DNA of 33,000 bases from contig OZ320321.1 of NCBI GenBank assembly GCA_976226885.1, positions 46,531,001 through 46,564,000 on the forward strand, given 5' to 3'. The stretch comes from Iphione sp. A-MEVVRFRX5 (Eukaryota). Every line of letters begins with the position of its first letter. Within the stretch, counting starts at the first letter, position 1. Of the stretch, positions 1 to 10,160 are shown one piece after another. The position numbers were made by a program, and so were the translations under genes. The notes under the pieces were generated by a model. That model did no database searches. It was given only the letters and a program-made list of their open reading frames with translations, and had not been told where the DNA came from.

Positions 1-848
1 ATTACTCAACAAGTCTGAATGTATTTTAAGGCATAATCACCTATTTTTCAAAATATGTGATCCACTCACAAACCGGAAGTAAACAATGGCATGAATATTG
101 TGCATGCCCTGGCACCCGTGCCCCCATTTTGTTTATGCTATTTGAATTAGTTAGAAACAGAACCCGCCAAGAAAGAACACAGTGGTCTGACTACAATAAG
201 ATGATACTCCATTCAACACGGGGACACATATAAACATTGCCATCCTCCTTGTTCAATCAAAAAAGGTCATTTTCAAAGGTTTTTCCCATAATATTCATGG
301 TGCATAATAATTAAGACGCTATCATATATGACAAGCCATTCATAGTTGGTGAGGAGTATTATACTGAACGTGTCTGCAATCACCCTGCAGGTTCGTTCAG
401 TTTCGTTTCTCAAACCGAAAACGACCTGTCATATACACACACTATGACAGTTTCCTCTTTACATACATGTATATACATATGTTAGGATATCTCTAAGAGT
501 TCAATTATCAAAACCCAAGAATAACTCATGTCCGAAGTAGGGGAGTACAGACAAACCCTGCTCACCCCTGTTCTCAACCAGCCTTGGTCGCTTGAGACGT
601 TTGTACTTAATATGAAATTACATATGTGTTATACTGCAGTCCCAATCTTTGTCTTGAGATGCACATGTCAGAAACGAAATGATCTCATATCTGAAGTAGT
701 ATTTGCCTACTAGATCTGTCTTTATCCAATGTGTGCTATCCTCAGATAAATGCTACTACATATATATACAGTGGATGGTTCTGTATCAAACAGTGCTTGT
801 GTCCAGCAAACTCGTTTGGATTTTGTTTTTTAAAATTGTGGCCTTAAG

Positions 849-964
849 CCACTCCTAACCTCTCCCACACCTCCTGACACAAAAGAAAACCAGCTGATTG
901 AACTGGTTGCGCAATTCCAAGCCTCTCCCGCCACTCCTAATCTCTCCCACACCTCCTGCCACAA
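849..964. repeat. Two 34-bp direct repeats (849-882, 931-964)
   Basis: ccactcctaacctctcccacacctcctgacacaa versus ccactcctaatctctcccacacctcctgccacaa; followed by short gctgaa(t/c)tt repeats. Possibly a non-autonomous TE remnant. Confidence 0.75.
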
Positions 965-1402
965 CCAATTTTGCTGTTTTTCAGCTGAATTTGACTGAAT
1001 CGTGGCATTTTCGGCCGAAGCTGGCTGAACTTTGCTGAATTTTGGTGTTTTTCTGCCAAATTGCAAGTGAAAAGTGTTTTGATTTCGAATAGAAAGGTTC
1101 AGTTATATGAGTATGTTAATAGTACGAAATGATTCGTCCCAGTGTAATCTGCACAGTTTTCAGATTTTTCGGACTTCGAGTGTTTGGTTTTGGAGAATCG
1201 TCCACTACATTACATGTATATTGTTTTAGACCTGTTTTCTCTTCGCATTTTCTAATTTATTGGAAAATGCATACTGTTTCAGACCCAATCTTATACGATT
1301 GGAAAGTCTAATTAACTGGCATTTAAATTCGATGAGGTAAAAATGAATGTTATAAAACTAAGCTCTTCTAAGGTGCATTGAAGGCATATTTTTTTGCTGC
1401 AG

Positions 1403-1531
1403 GTATCTCTTCTTTGTGAATGCCGAGACGTCCTCAATTGAACGTGTCTATACAGATGGCAGGAATCAAAAGCAGATCTTAACAGGTTTAAACTTGCCGC
1501 AGTCAGTTGTGGTTGATCCTAGAAGTAAGAG
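1403..1531 (+). CDS. LRP-like exon, YWTD-type propeller blade (YLFFVNAETSSIERVYTDGRNQKQILTGLNLPQSVVVDPRSK)
   Basis: Acceptor tttttgctgcag, donor AG|gtatgt; pattern IER..tDG...L..PQSVVVDP is typical of LDLR class B repeats. Confidence 0.9.
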
Positions 1532-1669
1532 GTATGTCTGCCTGAATTGTCGTTTACAGCATGATTAAAGTCACAATACTTATACACGCAACTTCATTGA
1601 AGAGGGGTGACAGGACTAATGACAATGATAATTTTTGCATCAGTTTAGAAGATCTATTCAGGTTGCATT

Positions 1670-1765
1670 TATTTAAGTCATAATAAATACATATTTTTAC
1701 CAAGTTAGAACATTAATACGCCGTTGTAATATTTAGGTCACACTAAATACATATTTTTACCAAGT
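1670..1765. repeat. 60-bp-period intronic tandem duplication
   Basis: taaatacatatttttaccaagt is identical at 1684-1705 and 1744-1765, with similar flanks (atttaagtca / atttaggtca). Confidence 0.85.
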
Positions 1766-1821
1766 ACTTTGCTGAACTGTCCACTTGACAAGTGATGCAG
1801 GCATTAATTACATATTATAGG

Positions 1822-1883
1822 TAATTAATTAGAGATCATAAATATTTACAACTTAGTAAATATTTATGATCTCTAATTAATTA
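1822..1883. repeat. Perfect 28-bp inverted repeat with 6-nt loop
   Basis: taattaattagagatcataaatatttac - aactta - gtaaatatttatgatctctaattaatta; the arms are exact reverse complements. Confidence 0.97.
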
Positions 1884-1978
1884 GATCTTAGCTTCTCATT
1901 GCAAAGAGTGACAATCTCAATTTATACACACATGCGTATGTACTTATTTATTTCCTATTCTCATTTTTTGTTAACAAG

Positions 1979-2096
1979 GATTTATTGGATTGAGAGAGGA
2001 AGCCATGTGATTCAATCTAGTGATTTTGAGGGGCAACAGTTGCAAACAGCCCATACCACAAGCAGTAATGCCCTGTATGGAGTGTCCGTGTTTCAG
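1979..2096 (+). CDS. LRP-like exon, propeller blade (RIYWIERGSHVIQSSDFEGQQLQTAHTTSSNALYGVSVFQ)
   Basis: Acceptor ttttttgttaacaag, donor CAG|gtaagg; IYWIE, DFEG and YGVSVF match LDLR class B repeat features; phase matches the previous exon. Confidence 0.92.
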
Positions 2097-2512
2097 GTAA
2101 GGACAGGGTTCTTTTAGTCATACATTATTAACAATGCCACCGGACTGAATACATGAAGACACTTTTTGTACCTGTTAATTCATCCAGTCTGACATGTGGT
2201 GATTTACTGTTAAGTAACATATAATATTTAAATGCACACTGACAAATCAAACTCGAAACCTAGCGCAAGTTGACATCCAACTTTATGTTTATCCATTCAA
2301 CACCCACGTCTACAGACTAGACCCAACTTGGCATCACCTGTTCATACACATTGCTATATCTACATAACCATATCTACATAGAAATGCCCGAATACTAGGA
2401 AAGTTGAATGATTTAGTGAATCATTTAGAAATGAAAGTACGTACATTGTATATACATGAAACAATAGAAAGCATACATCATTAATAAATAACATTGATTT
2501 TTTTTAAACCAG

Positions 2513-2669
2513 GAATTTGTGACGTGGACACAAAGCAATGAGGATCTCAAGCTTGCGAAGATTCAAGGACAGTCGGTGAATGTGATGGCAGTCTCCCAGA
2601 TCGCTCAATTCAGAACCAAAACGTATTCTTTGGTGACCTATGACTACTTCTTGCAGCCAGAGGCCCTAG
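2513..2669 (+). CDS. LRP-like exon, last blade of the propeller (EFVTWTQSNEDLKLAKIQG...YDYFLQPEAL)
   Basis: Acceptor tttttaaaccag, donor G|gtagta; phase 0 in, phase 1 out; ends in the QP linker that precedes EGF repeats. Confidence 0.85.
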
Positions 2670-2845
2670 GTAGTACTCTTAATATTTTGAAAACAGACTT
2701 TCTCTGGTAGTGGACATTTTGTCTATTGATATAAGCAACAAATCCAGTTGAACCTGTAGAGCTGCCAAGGGTGCGACCGTACGATTATTTAGGACTGTGG
2801 ATGATTTGCAATTGATGTCACAGCATTGTCGCCAATGTATACGTA

Positions 2846-2963
2846 CAGTGAAAACTTGGAGACATCTTTAAATATAATCATAGAAAACACAATCTGTCTC
2901 CCTCAAAGTGTCCCTTATGAAAGCATGTCCCAATTGGAGGTTTGCCCATATAAGGTAACCGTG
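2846..2963. mobile_element. Possible degraded Tc1/mariner-type MITE remnant
   Basis: TA-CAGTG start, ...GTG-TA end, and internal gtgtccctta / catgtccc...ggaggtt motifs reminiscent of such MITEs; TIR pairing is poor. Confidence 0.3.
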
Positions 2964-3315
2964 TATCGGATTAAATCCACGTAAGTGTGTTTACAGGAAT
3001 AAGCGTTATGGGGGCATATACCCCCAATATTATGTAGCCAAGCCGTTTGGAGTTACAGTAATGAGCCTTCACTCTCTGACACAGATGCCTTTTGTTATTG
3101 CAATATTTACCTGAGTATTAGAGGTATTCGAAGTAGGGAGGTCCAGCAACAGATACAGACTGCAGGCTTCGTCTTTAGTCTAACCCTTGAGGGAGTATTT
3201 AAAAGGTTGCTAATGGGATCTACTCTGCTATCATCTACTGGGATAGTAAGTATAATGTGAGGCACGAACTTTAGACTTGTGCGTATAATTTTTACCATAA
3301 AAATTCTTGTTCCAG

Positions 3316-3432
3316 GACGCTGCGTGGCAAATGGTGGCTGCCAGCAGCTCTGCTTCCCGACACCAGATGGGGACACCTGTGCATGTGCCATTGGCTATAA
3401 ACTTGCTGAAGATGGTCGGACCTGCAATTCAG
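3316..3432 (+). CDS. LRP-like exon, EGF-like repeat (GRCVANGGCQQLCFPTPDGDTCACAIGYKLAEDGRTCNS)
   Basis: Six cysteines with the C..NGGCxxLC...CxCxxGYxLxxDGRTC spacing; symmetric phase-1 exon; acceptor ttcttgttccag, donor G|gtacaa. Confidence 0.96.
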
Positions 3433-5960
3433 GTACAATGCTCTTAAGAAAATAATAGATCCTGGAGCAGTAAACTTACCAAATACCCTTGTAGGAAATG
3501 CTTAACATAGATGCTGTATATACCCTTATCAAGTCCTTATTGAAGGCAAATGTTTGATAAATATTAGCAAGAAAAAAACACAATTTAATCTAAAATATAT
3601 TGTTTTAACGAGATTACAAGTTCACCTAGATGCGGAGTCACAAGATTACCAGGTGCATGTTGCGGAGAAGCTTCTTCCATTGTACAAAGGGGTGGTTGTA
3701 ACTCAATTCTCAAGGTTTGTGGTGAGGAAGGGGTAAGAGGATTTGCCTGCAACAAACGTAACTCTTACCTACTACTTACTTTGCGCCCAGGCTCTCAAGG
3801 ATGGAAACAACAGGGGCAGATGCTGCAGCGTAGGTAGCAGGGTTTATCTTCTGGTTGTGCGTGAATCTGAAGATTACTGGGTCCATTTTTCGTCCATCCA
3901 TTCAACATGGATGCTCTGAGTGCGAGTCGTATATACTGAATCAGAAGGAGGTGGAGTTCGCATGGCTTTTTTCGAGAATTTTAGACATGTTTATTTTCCA
4001 GAAGTGTGCACTCGAAGTGGGTACACAAGTTGTCCATTCACACATCTGTTTCTAATTGTCTGGTTGCGTGTTTGTATGTATGTGTTCGAGATGACAGTTT
4101 GCAAGGGGTGTATTTTACTTGATCTTGTAGGCAGGTGTTCTCGTAATTTTTGTGGGAATGTTGTTACACACAGCACACCTATATTGCCCAATCCCTGATG
4201 TTGTTCGTATGTCTTCTCAGATCTCTGCGAGATTCCACGAAAACCCGTATTGACAGGAAATCCAAAACACTTGTCTCTTCGTCCTTATTTGCAGACACAC
4301 TTTTCAAGCAGAGTGACGGCGGCACGACACATGCGCCAAACATGAACAGTTTGTTGTGTGAATATCTAATGAGTGATTTTAGAAAATCTCCTATCTGTAT
4401 ATGAAAAAAGTAACCAGTCAGGGAAAAAGTGTATTCAAGTGCAAACCTAGGGAATATAAAGAACATTTTGGGCATCATTTTGTGCAAAAACCTTGTATAT
4501 ACTCTTCCTAGATCCTGAGATATCTCAATTCAAAGTTGATATAACCAACATTTCAAAAAGATGTGATTTAATGCATTTCTTGGCACTCTATAGTGTTAAC
4601 ATCTAGAAGCTCAAAAGATTATTTTAAATTCTCATTCGTATACAGAATCAGTTCTAGAAAAGATATTTTTAAAGGGTTTTAGTTCCTGATAGGACATTTT
4701 TCATATTTCTGCATTATGTAAGCATTTAAAATAACCCTTACATTTTACTACTATGGTAACTTAATGTATGTATATACATGTACACATAAACATTAACATA
4801 TCTGATCGCATTATTCAAAATTACATTATTAGGAATAAGAGTTTACCAAAAGCTCATTTTTACAAAAGATTCTACATAAAAAATAGCAATAGAGTTTTCA
4901 TGAGTAGATTTCCCTTTCCTTCAATTTTAGGCCTCTAATATGGTTATTTTACATTTTGACTTTGATGCATTGGATACTTCTTTTCCCATGGCTGGTCAAG
5001 TTTTCTCTCTTTCATCTTAACAAAGGTCTCATATATGTATGATTTATAACTAACCACACTCTTGTCTTCTCCTTTCTCGTGCCAAGGCATGACTTTGAAA
5101 AGTGAATCCAACACGGACATATAGGCCTGGTTTAGAAGAATGTCACTTTTGTTCTCTTGCAGCCAAAAGACTCACTCGTCTTTTCCTATATTCAAGACTG
5201 ACACAAGGTCCTTTAGTTATAGTGATAAGACATTCTTAGTGATGTAACATATGGGGAGGGAATATGTATACATACATGTATATTTTCTTCAGAATGCCCT
5301 CGTTAAGTACGTGTTTGCACTGGAAAAAATGTTTCTATGGACGTCATGAGACCAGAAAAAGACCATACCTCTAGTCAGAAGTACCGATTGCGAATACATG
5401 TACATGTATATAAGTTAGGTTAAATTAAACTTTCCTGTTTGTAAATGTGCATTCATGTTTGAAGTGCTCAGTCATTTTTTCGGATGATCAGTATACATAA
5501 ATGACCTAATTTCCTGAGCATCATTAAAATGAACACTGGGTTTTGCTGTTTTCGAGAAGATGTACTTGAATTATCTAATGATATTATTTTAGTATATCTT
5601 TACATTACACTTGTCATAATGTTTTCCTTACACATTATAATGTCTTACACACTATAAAGCCTTACATATTATAGGTATTATTGATCTTGTACCCAATCTG
5701 TATAGATATATGTCATGAAATGCCCAAAACATATACATGTATATGTTTTGAATTAAGACAATTAACAGGACCAGACAATTTCGGAATTGTAAGTTGCCCA
5801 GTTATCTGAAGTGGTAATGTTATAGGACATTGAACACTACAACTTGCCAAATGTGCCCTTAATTCTGAGTTCCCCTCTTCGTTGAGATACCCACAAGGCC
5901 AGTGGCTATACTAGTTGATATCAATGTGGAGTGTCTAATAATCATTTCGATCTTTTGTAG

Positions 5961-6197
5961 TATTGGCCGAGACGAACTTCATTCTTTTCATGGACCCTTA
6001 CCACAAGGCATTGTACCAACTTGACATCAAGAACAATGGCACCCCTGCTGTGCCTATTGATGGTATGGATTTCCCTGTCACCTTCGATCTGGATCCAGAA
6101 AATGGACGATTCTATTGGTTCGACCGACTCAAGCGCAGCTTCAGGTCGAGTTACTCCAACGGATTTGACGAGAAGGAGGTTCTACAGGTTCCTAATG
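5961..6197 (+). CDS. LRP-like exon, start of second propeller (VLAETNFILFMD...FDLDPENGRFYWFDRLKRSFRSSYSNGFDEKEVLQVPN)
   Basis: Acceptor tcttttgtag, donor G|gtaaga; DPENGRFYWFD is a YWTD-type repeat; overlaps track ORF 5963..6211. Confidence 0.93.
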
Positions 6198-7366
6198 GTA
6201 AGAACATATAACATGACCTCGGCAGAATGATGTATGGTGTTAGTTTTCCTTTGTATGAATATACAGTCGAGACCCGCATAGGAAACCCAGGTTAGGGGAT
6301 TGGCTAATTTTGGTCTCTGCCACGGTTTGGTCGTATTAGGAGTTATTTATGGGCACATTTTGGAGTCTTTAGTATTTTGGTCTCTCCACTGGATTAGTTT
6401 CCCCTGTGGTCTTTAACCATGTGTCTCTTTTTGTCTAAGCTTTCTCTTTCAATATACTTACTAGCATGTCAGAGAAAGAGGAACATTGCCACGTCAAAAG
6501 CATACTTACTAGGGGAATGTCACCACAAGAACAGAACAGAAAAGGGGAGGTTTAGTCCAGAACGAAACATTTTAATCTATTTCTAGTTTAAGTAATTAGA
6601 AAAAGTAGACATGTTAGTAAGATATCACAGATCATGATGGGAACACCAATACATTAGTACAAAATATATTTCAAATGTCAGAATTTGGGACTCCTGGAGA
6701 CAATAGATCCTTCTGACAGAACTCTTTACCATGTATAAACTCAGATTAACACTCATATCAGAGAAGACAACCAGAATGCAACGTAGACATATACTTATGG
6801 ATAAAACGGTCTAGACTAGAATGTATGCGTATCTATGAGAATGACAAAAAGACTTTGGCTCAAATGCCTTGGTGTTTCGATTACTGACGTCTTCTCGTAC
6901 TATTGTGTTTGGCAATAATTTCTCTTTCTCCCACTCTCTCTCCTTTCTTTCCTTCTATTTCTATTTGTCACTCGCTCTCTACACCACTTGACCTTTTACC
7001 ATTTTGCAATAAGTACACGTTCGAACAATCCACATGTTTTATTAAGCCTGTATACTTGTTATCTGCTATATACAGCAAAAACAGAAGCCCGGTTGCTTTT
7101 AATACAAAACTATAGGTGGCACCTCTGATGCCCTCTACATTGAAGGACGTATCAGGAAGTATAGCTAGAATGTGCTAATGAATCAAATACAAGTGGTGCT
7201 AGAAATCATCATTACATATAAAATGTCAAAGATAGTCAAATCACATATCCGGTCTAATACTGTTGTTCCTTAGTCTACATCCACGTGTTTATATGTTTGC
7301 GTTGTGTACCTTTCATGCCATACTCCTCTCCACGTTTGTCATTTCTTATCTACCTAACTAGACGAT

Positions 7367-7427
7367 ATGACTTATTCGATTATCCTCCTATATATGACCC
7401 GACATGACTTATTCGATTATCCTCCTA
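7367..7427. repeat. 24-bp direct duplication
   Basis: atgacttattcgattatcctccta at 7367-7390 and 7404-7427. Confidence 0.9.
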
Positions 7428-7828
7428 ACCCCTAACTTGCTAACTACTGTCTCGCCCGCCGTCAGACATTGTCACTCCGAATTAATTCCTAATATCTCAC
7501 AAACATTTATATGGTATAACTATAAATTCATAACTAGTGCCTCACACACCTTTAATACATAACTAACATCCAGCTTTATAAGTAATGTACTTCAAGAGGT
7601 GTAATCTGGTTTGTACTTCTGCAAGTTGTTATGGATAACATTCTGGAAATATTTGATGAGAATTTCAACTACTTATTCTGGCATGTAGAGGGTTGCTGTA
7701 ATGCCCTCCCTTTCCGTCTTTACCTGCCATCTTTATTGTTCTTGGATATAGTCTTTCGTCCAAGCCACAGTGCTGTTAGGATGTTTTGTTATATCTTTCA
7801 TATTCCTGGATATTTCTATCTTTATCAG

Positions 7829-8003
7829 ACCACAACCCAGTAAGACTGGTCTTCGATAAAGTCGCCAAGCAAATATTCTTCGTTGACAATGGTCCAGGAA
7901 AGCAGGGTATCTATTCATTGAAAGTAGATGGCAGTGGACAGCTAAAAACTATAAAAAGTGCCCTCATCGACCCTTCTGATCTGGCCGTTGACCCAGCGTC
8001 CGG
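7829..8003 (+). CDS. LRP-like exon, propeller blade (DHNPVRLVFDKVAKQIFFVDNG...LKVDGSG...PSDLAVDPASG)
   Basis: Acceptor tttctatctttatcag, donor GG|gtaaga; PSDLAVDP is a canonical class B repeat motif. Confidence 0.93.
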
Positions 8004-8227
8004 GTAAGACACTTTCATCTCTGTATATGTATATCTAAAATATATCTGAAAGTAAATCTTCTGATCTTGCTGTTGACCCAACATCTGGGTAAGACATTTC
8101 CAATTCAATATGTGAATATCTAAATATATTCGAAATTAAATCTTCTTATCTCGCTATTAATCAAACACTGGGGTAAGGCAACATTTCCTCTGTATGTTAT
8201 ATCTTGATAATATATCTGAAAGTAAAG
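7972..8227 (+). repeat. About 84-85-bp tandem repeat x3 spanning the exon end and 5' splice site
   Basis: ttctgatctggccgttgacccagcgtccgg|gtaagac, ttctgatcttgctgttgacccaacatctgg|gtaagac and ttcttatctcgctattaatcaaacactggg|gtaaggc; GT at 8004, 8089 and 8173. Confidence 0.9.
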
Positions 8228-8582
8228 ATTTTAATTTAGTAATTGATCCACATTTTTGTGGAAGGATCAACTCCGTACACAGATGCTTATTAGATATAAC
8301 TGAAAGACTCTAACAGGGAAAAGTCAAATGCTACAGATCAATTCAACAGAAGACAAATGCAATTCATGTGCATCATTTTTTAACTAGCACTGTATTTGTT
8401 TTGCCTCCTGAAAGTGAAATAGTGAACATGATGCTTAAAGCCCCAATTATCTATTAAATATCCCCATTAAAGCTCAACGTCTTCCAGCTTCATATATAAT
8501 GATATAAAACATAGTTTTATAAAATATTCTGCACTTGTAAGTCGACCTCTTTTACCAATACAGTCAATGCAATGTCTTGCAG

Positions 8583-8719
8583 CCGCATATATTTCGCCGA
8601 AAAAGGTACAATGGAAGCAGAAGCTGCCATACTGTCTATAAAGACGGATGGAACAGACCTGCGTACTCTCCTTCTACAAGAGGTCAGCGAACCTGTTGGT
8701 GTATCATACCTGCCCAAAG
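8583..8719 (+). CDS. LRP-like exon, propeller blade (RIYFAEKG...SIKTDGTDLRTLLLQEVSEPVGVSYLPK)
   Basis: Acceptor gtcttgcag, donor AAG|gtaaag; IYFAE and DGTDLRTL motifs. Confidence 0.92.
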
Positions 8720-9339
8720 GTAAAGTGTATTTCGCTTCTCCTCTTGTAGGGGTTCAAGAATGTCTATCCTAGAACCAATACTACTAGACGCAGGCTAACA
8801 CAAATTTTAAAAATTTTAGTTTAAGCCAAGCATGAAAACACTGCGATAACACCACATAAAGACGAAGCCTGAGAGACTGTATCAACGGACAATGTACGCT
8901 TTGTTATCATAGATGTATAATCACTTTAATGTCATACACCCGTTTTCGAACACGAACCAACTTTTTTGACATCTACATGTACTACAATGCCAACAGAGAC
9001 AAGAAATCACCTCGACGACTGATATATCACAATAGAGAATTTTCCACCTCTATCAGTTCCCGGTGGTAATACCGAGGATACACATCGCCTCGCATGATTT
9101 ATTTATGTGCAATTTTTGAACTGGTCATGTTTTGGTTTCTCACTTGAGTTGGTCTCATTAAAGGGTTGTAAAGCAATGTAAATGTATATACCTAGTTCTT
9201 GAAAATGTTAGACTTTCCCGTTGGTTGACCTCATAACCTATCTTTGGTCTTCAAGTGGGTTTTTACAGTTTTTCTAACTTTCAACTCGCTATTTTTAGTT
9301 TTAATTCAGTTAAAACATTGCTAGCAATTTCCCTTCCAG

Positions 9340-9493
9340 ATGAGATGCTATTTTGGGCCGATAAGGCAGGCTCAATCTCCAGTTACAATGTGTCATCTCA
9401 AGAAAAGAAAACAATTTACCAGAATGGATCGATGGACCTTTTGTCTATAACCGCTGACGAAGAAGTCATTTATTTCACTGCCCATAGTGACAA
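9340..9493 (+). CDS. LRP-like exon, propeller blades (DEMLFWADKAGSISSYN...LLSITADEEVIYFTAHSD)
   Basis: Acceptor tttcccttccag, donor AA|gtaagc; LFWAD and IYFTA blade motifs. Confidence 0.92.
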
Positions 9494-9675
9494 GTAAGCA
9501 AGAAAATGCTTAATTTACTGCAAGAATAATTGAAAGTTCCCGTAAATTTTCACGTGTCGCATTTGCTCAGTGCTACATGTCATCACTTGGGGTATTTAAG
9601 TTATCATTCTCATTTGTTTTGCTATTTTGTAGATGGTACTTGACAACATTTGTTTGACCATATAGCAATTAACTA

Positions 9676-9854
9676 CAGTAGAGTCTCAATTTACGACCAC
9701 CCCTCTGGACCAAGCTCAACTGGTCGTAATGGCAAGTTTGGTCGTAAATAGATTATTGTTAATTATAGAAATCAAGACTTTAGTTCCCACCTAAAATGGT
9801 CGTAATAGCAAGAATGGTCGGAAATAGAAGTGGTCGTAAATAGAGACTCTACTG
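9676..9854. mobile_element. Tc1/mariner (pogo-like) MITE, 179 bp, TA target-site duplication
   Basis: TA-CAGTAGAGTCTCAATTTACGACCAC...GTGGTCGTAAATAGAGACTCTACTG-TA: 25-bp TIRs with one mismatch, plus internal tggtcg(t/g)aa subterminal repeats. Confidence 0.9.
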
Positions 9855-10041
9855 TATATGTTCTGATTGAGGGTATTTTATATTGTGCTGTTGGAATGCG
9901 AAGAGTGATGTTAACGTAAATCAGGTTTTCGTGGGGGAACTGCTCTGTCTGCCTGAGTTGTAACTATCCGTACCTCTTCAATGTAATTTTCGCTCTGATG
10001 AAAGTTCAAAACCAATGCAATGTTTCTTCTTTTCTCTGTAG

Positions 10042-10160
10042 ACGAATATATCGATTACCCTGGCGAGAAGCTCCCCATGACGCCCGTGCCATCAGTGGCC
10101 CCCTCTTTGCTCGCATCTTTGACATCAAAGCCTATCCAGGAGAGACATTGATCCCCCCAC
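10042..10160 (+). CDS. LRP-like exon, end of second propeller (KRIYRLPWREAPHDARAISGPLFARIFDIKAYPGETLIPP)
   Basis: Acceptor ttcttttctctgtag, donor C|gtaagt; phase 2 in, phase 1 out; IFDIKAY resembles the closing strand of YWTD propellers. Confidence 0.85.

Noticed and set aside
72-90. ETS-like CCGGAAGT followed by AAACAATGGC, resembling a promoter motif pair
   Set aside because: It lies upstream of an internal exon (probably intronic), with no first exon or CpG island; a short motif alone is not evidence.
528-713. ORF containing GEYRQTLLTPVLNQPWSLE, superficially like a propeller-blade linker
   Set aside because: No convincing acceptor/donor pair gives a sensible in-frame join to exon 1403; a stop lies two codons upstream.
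3630-4487. Cluster of overlapping short ORFs in the long intron
   Set aside because: No recognisable domain on either strand and no phase-compatible exon; at most a decayed TE fragment.
6264-6425. TA-CAGTCGAGACC start and repeated attttggtctct motifs suggesting another MITE
   Set aside because: The right-hand TIR is too degenerate to define.
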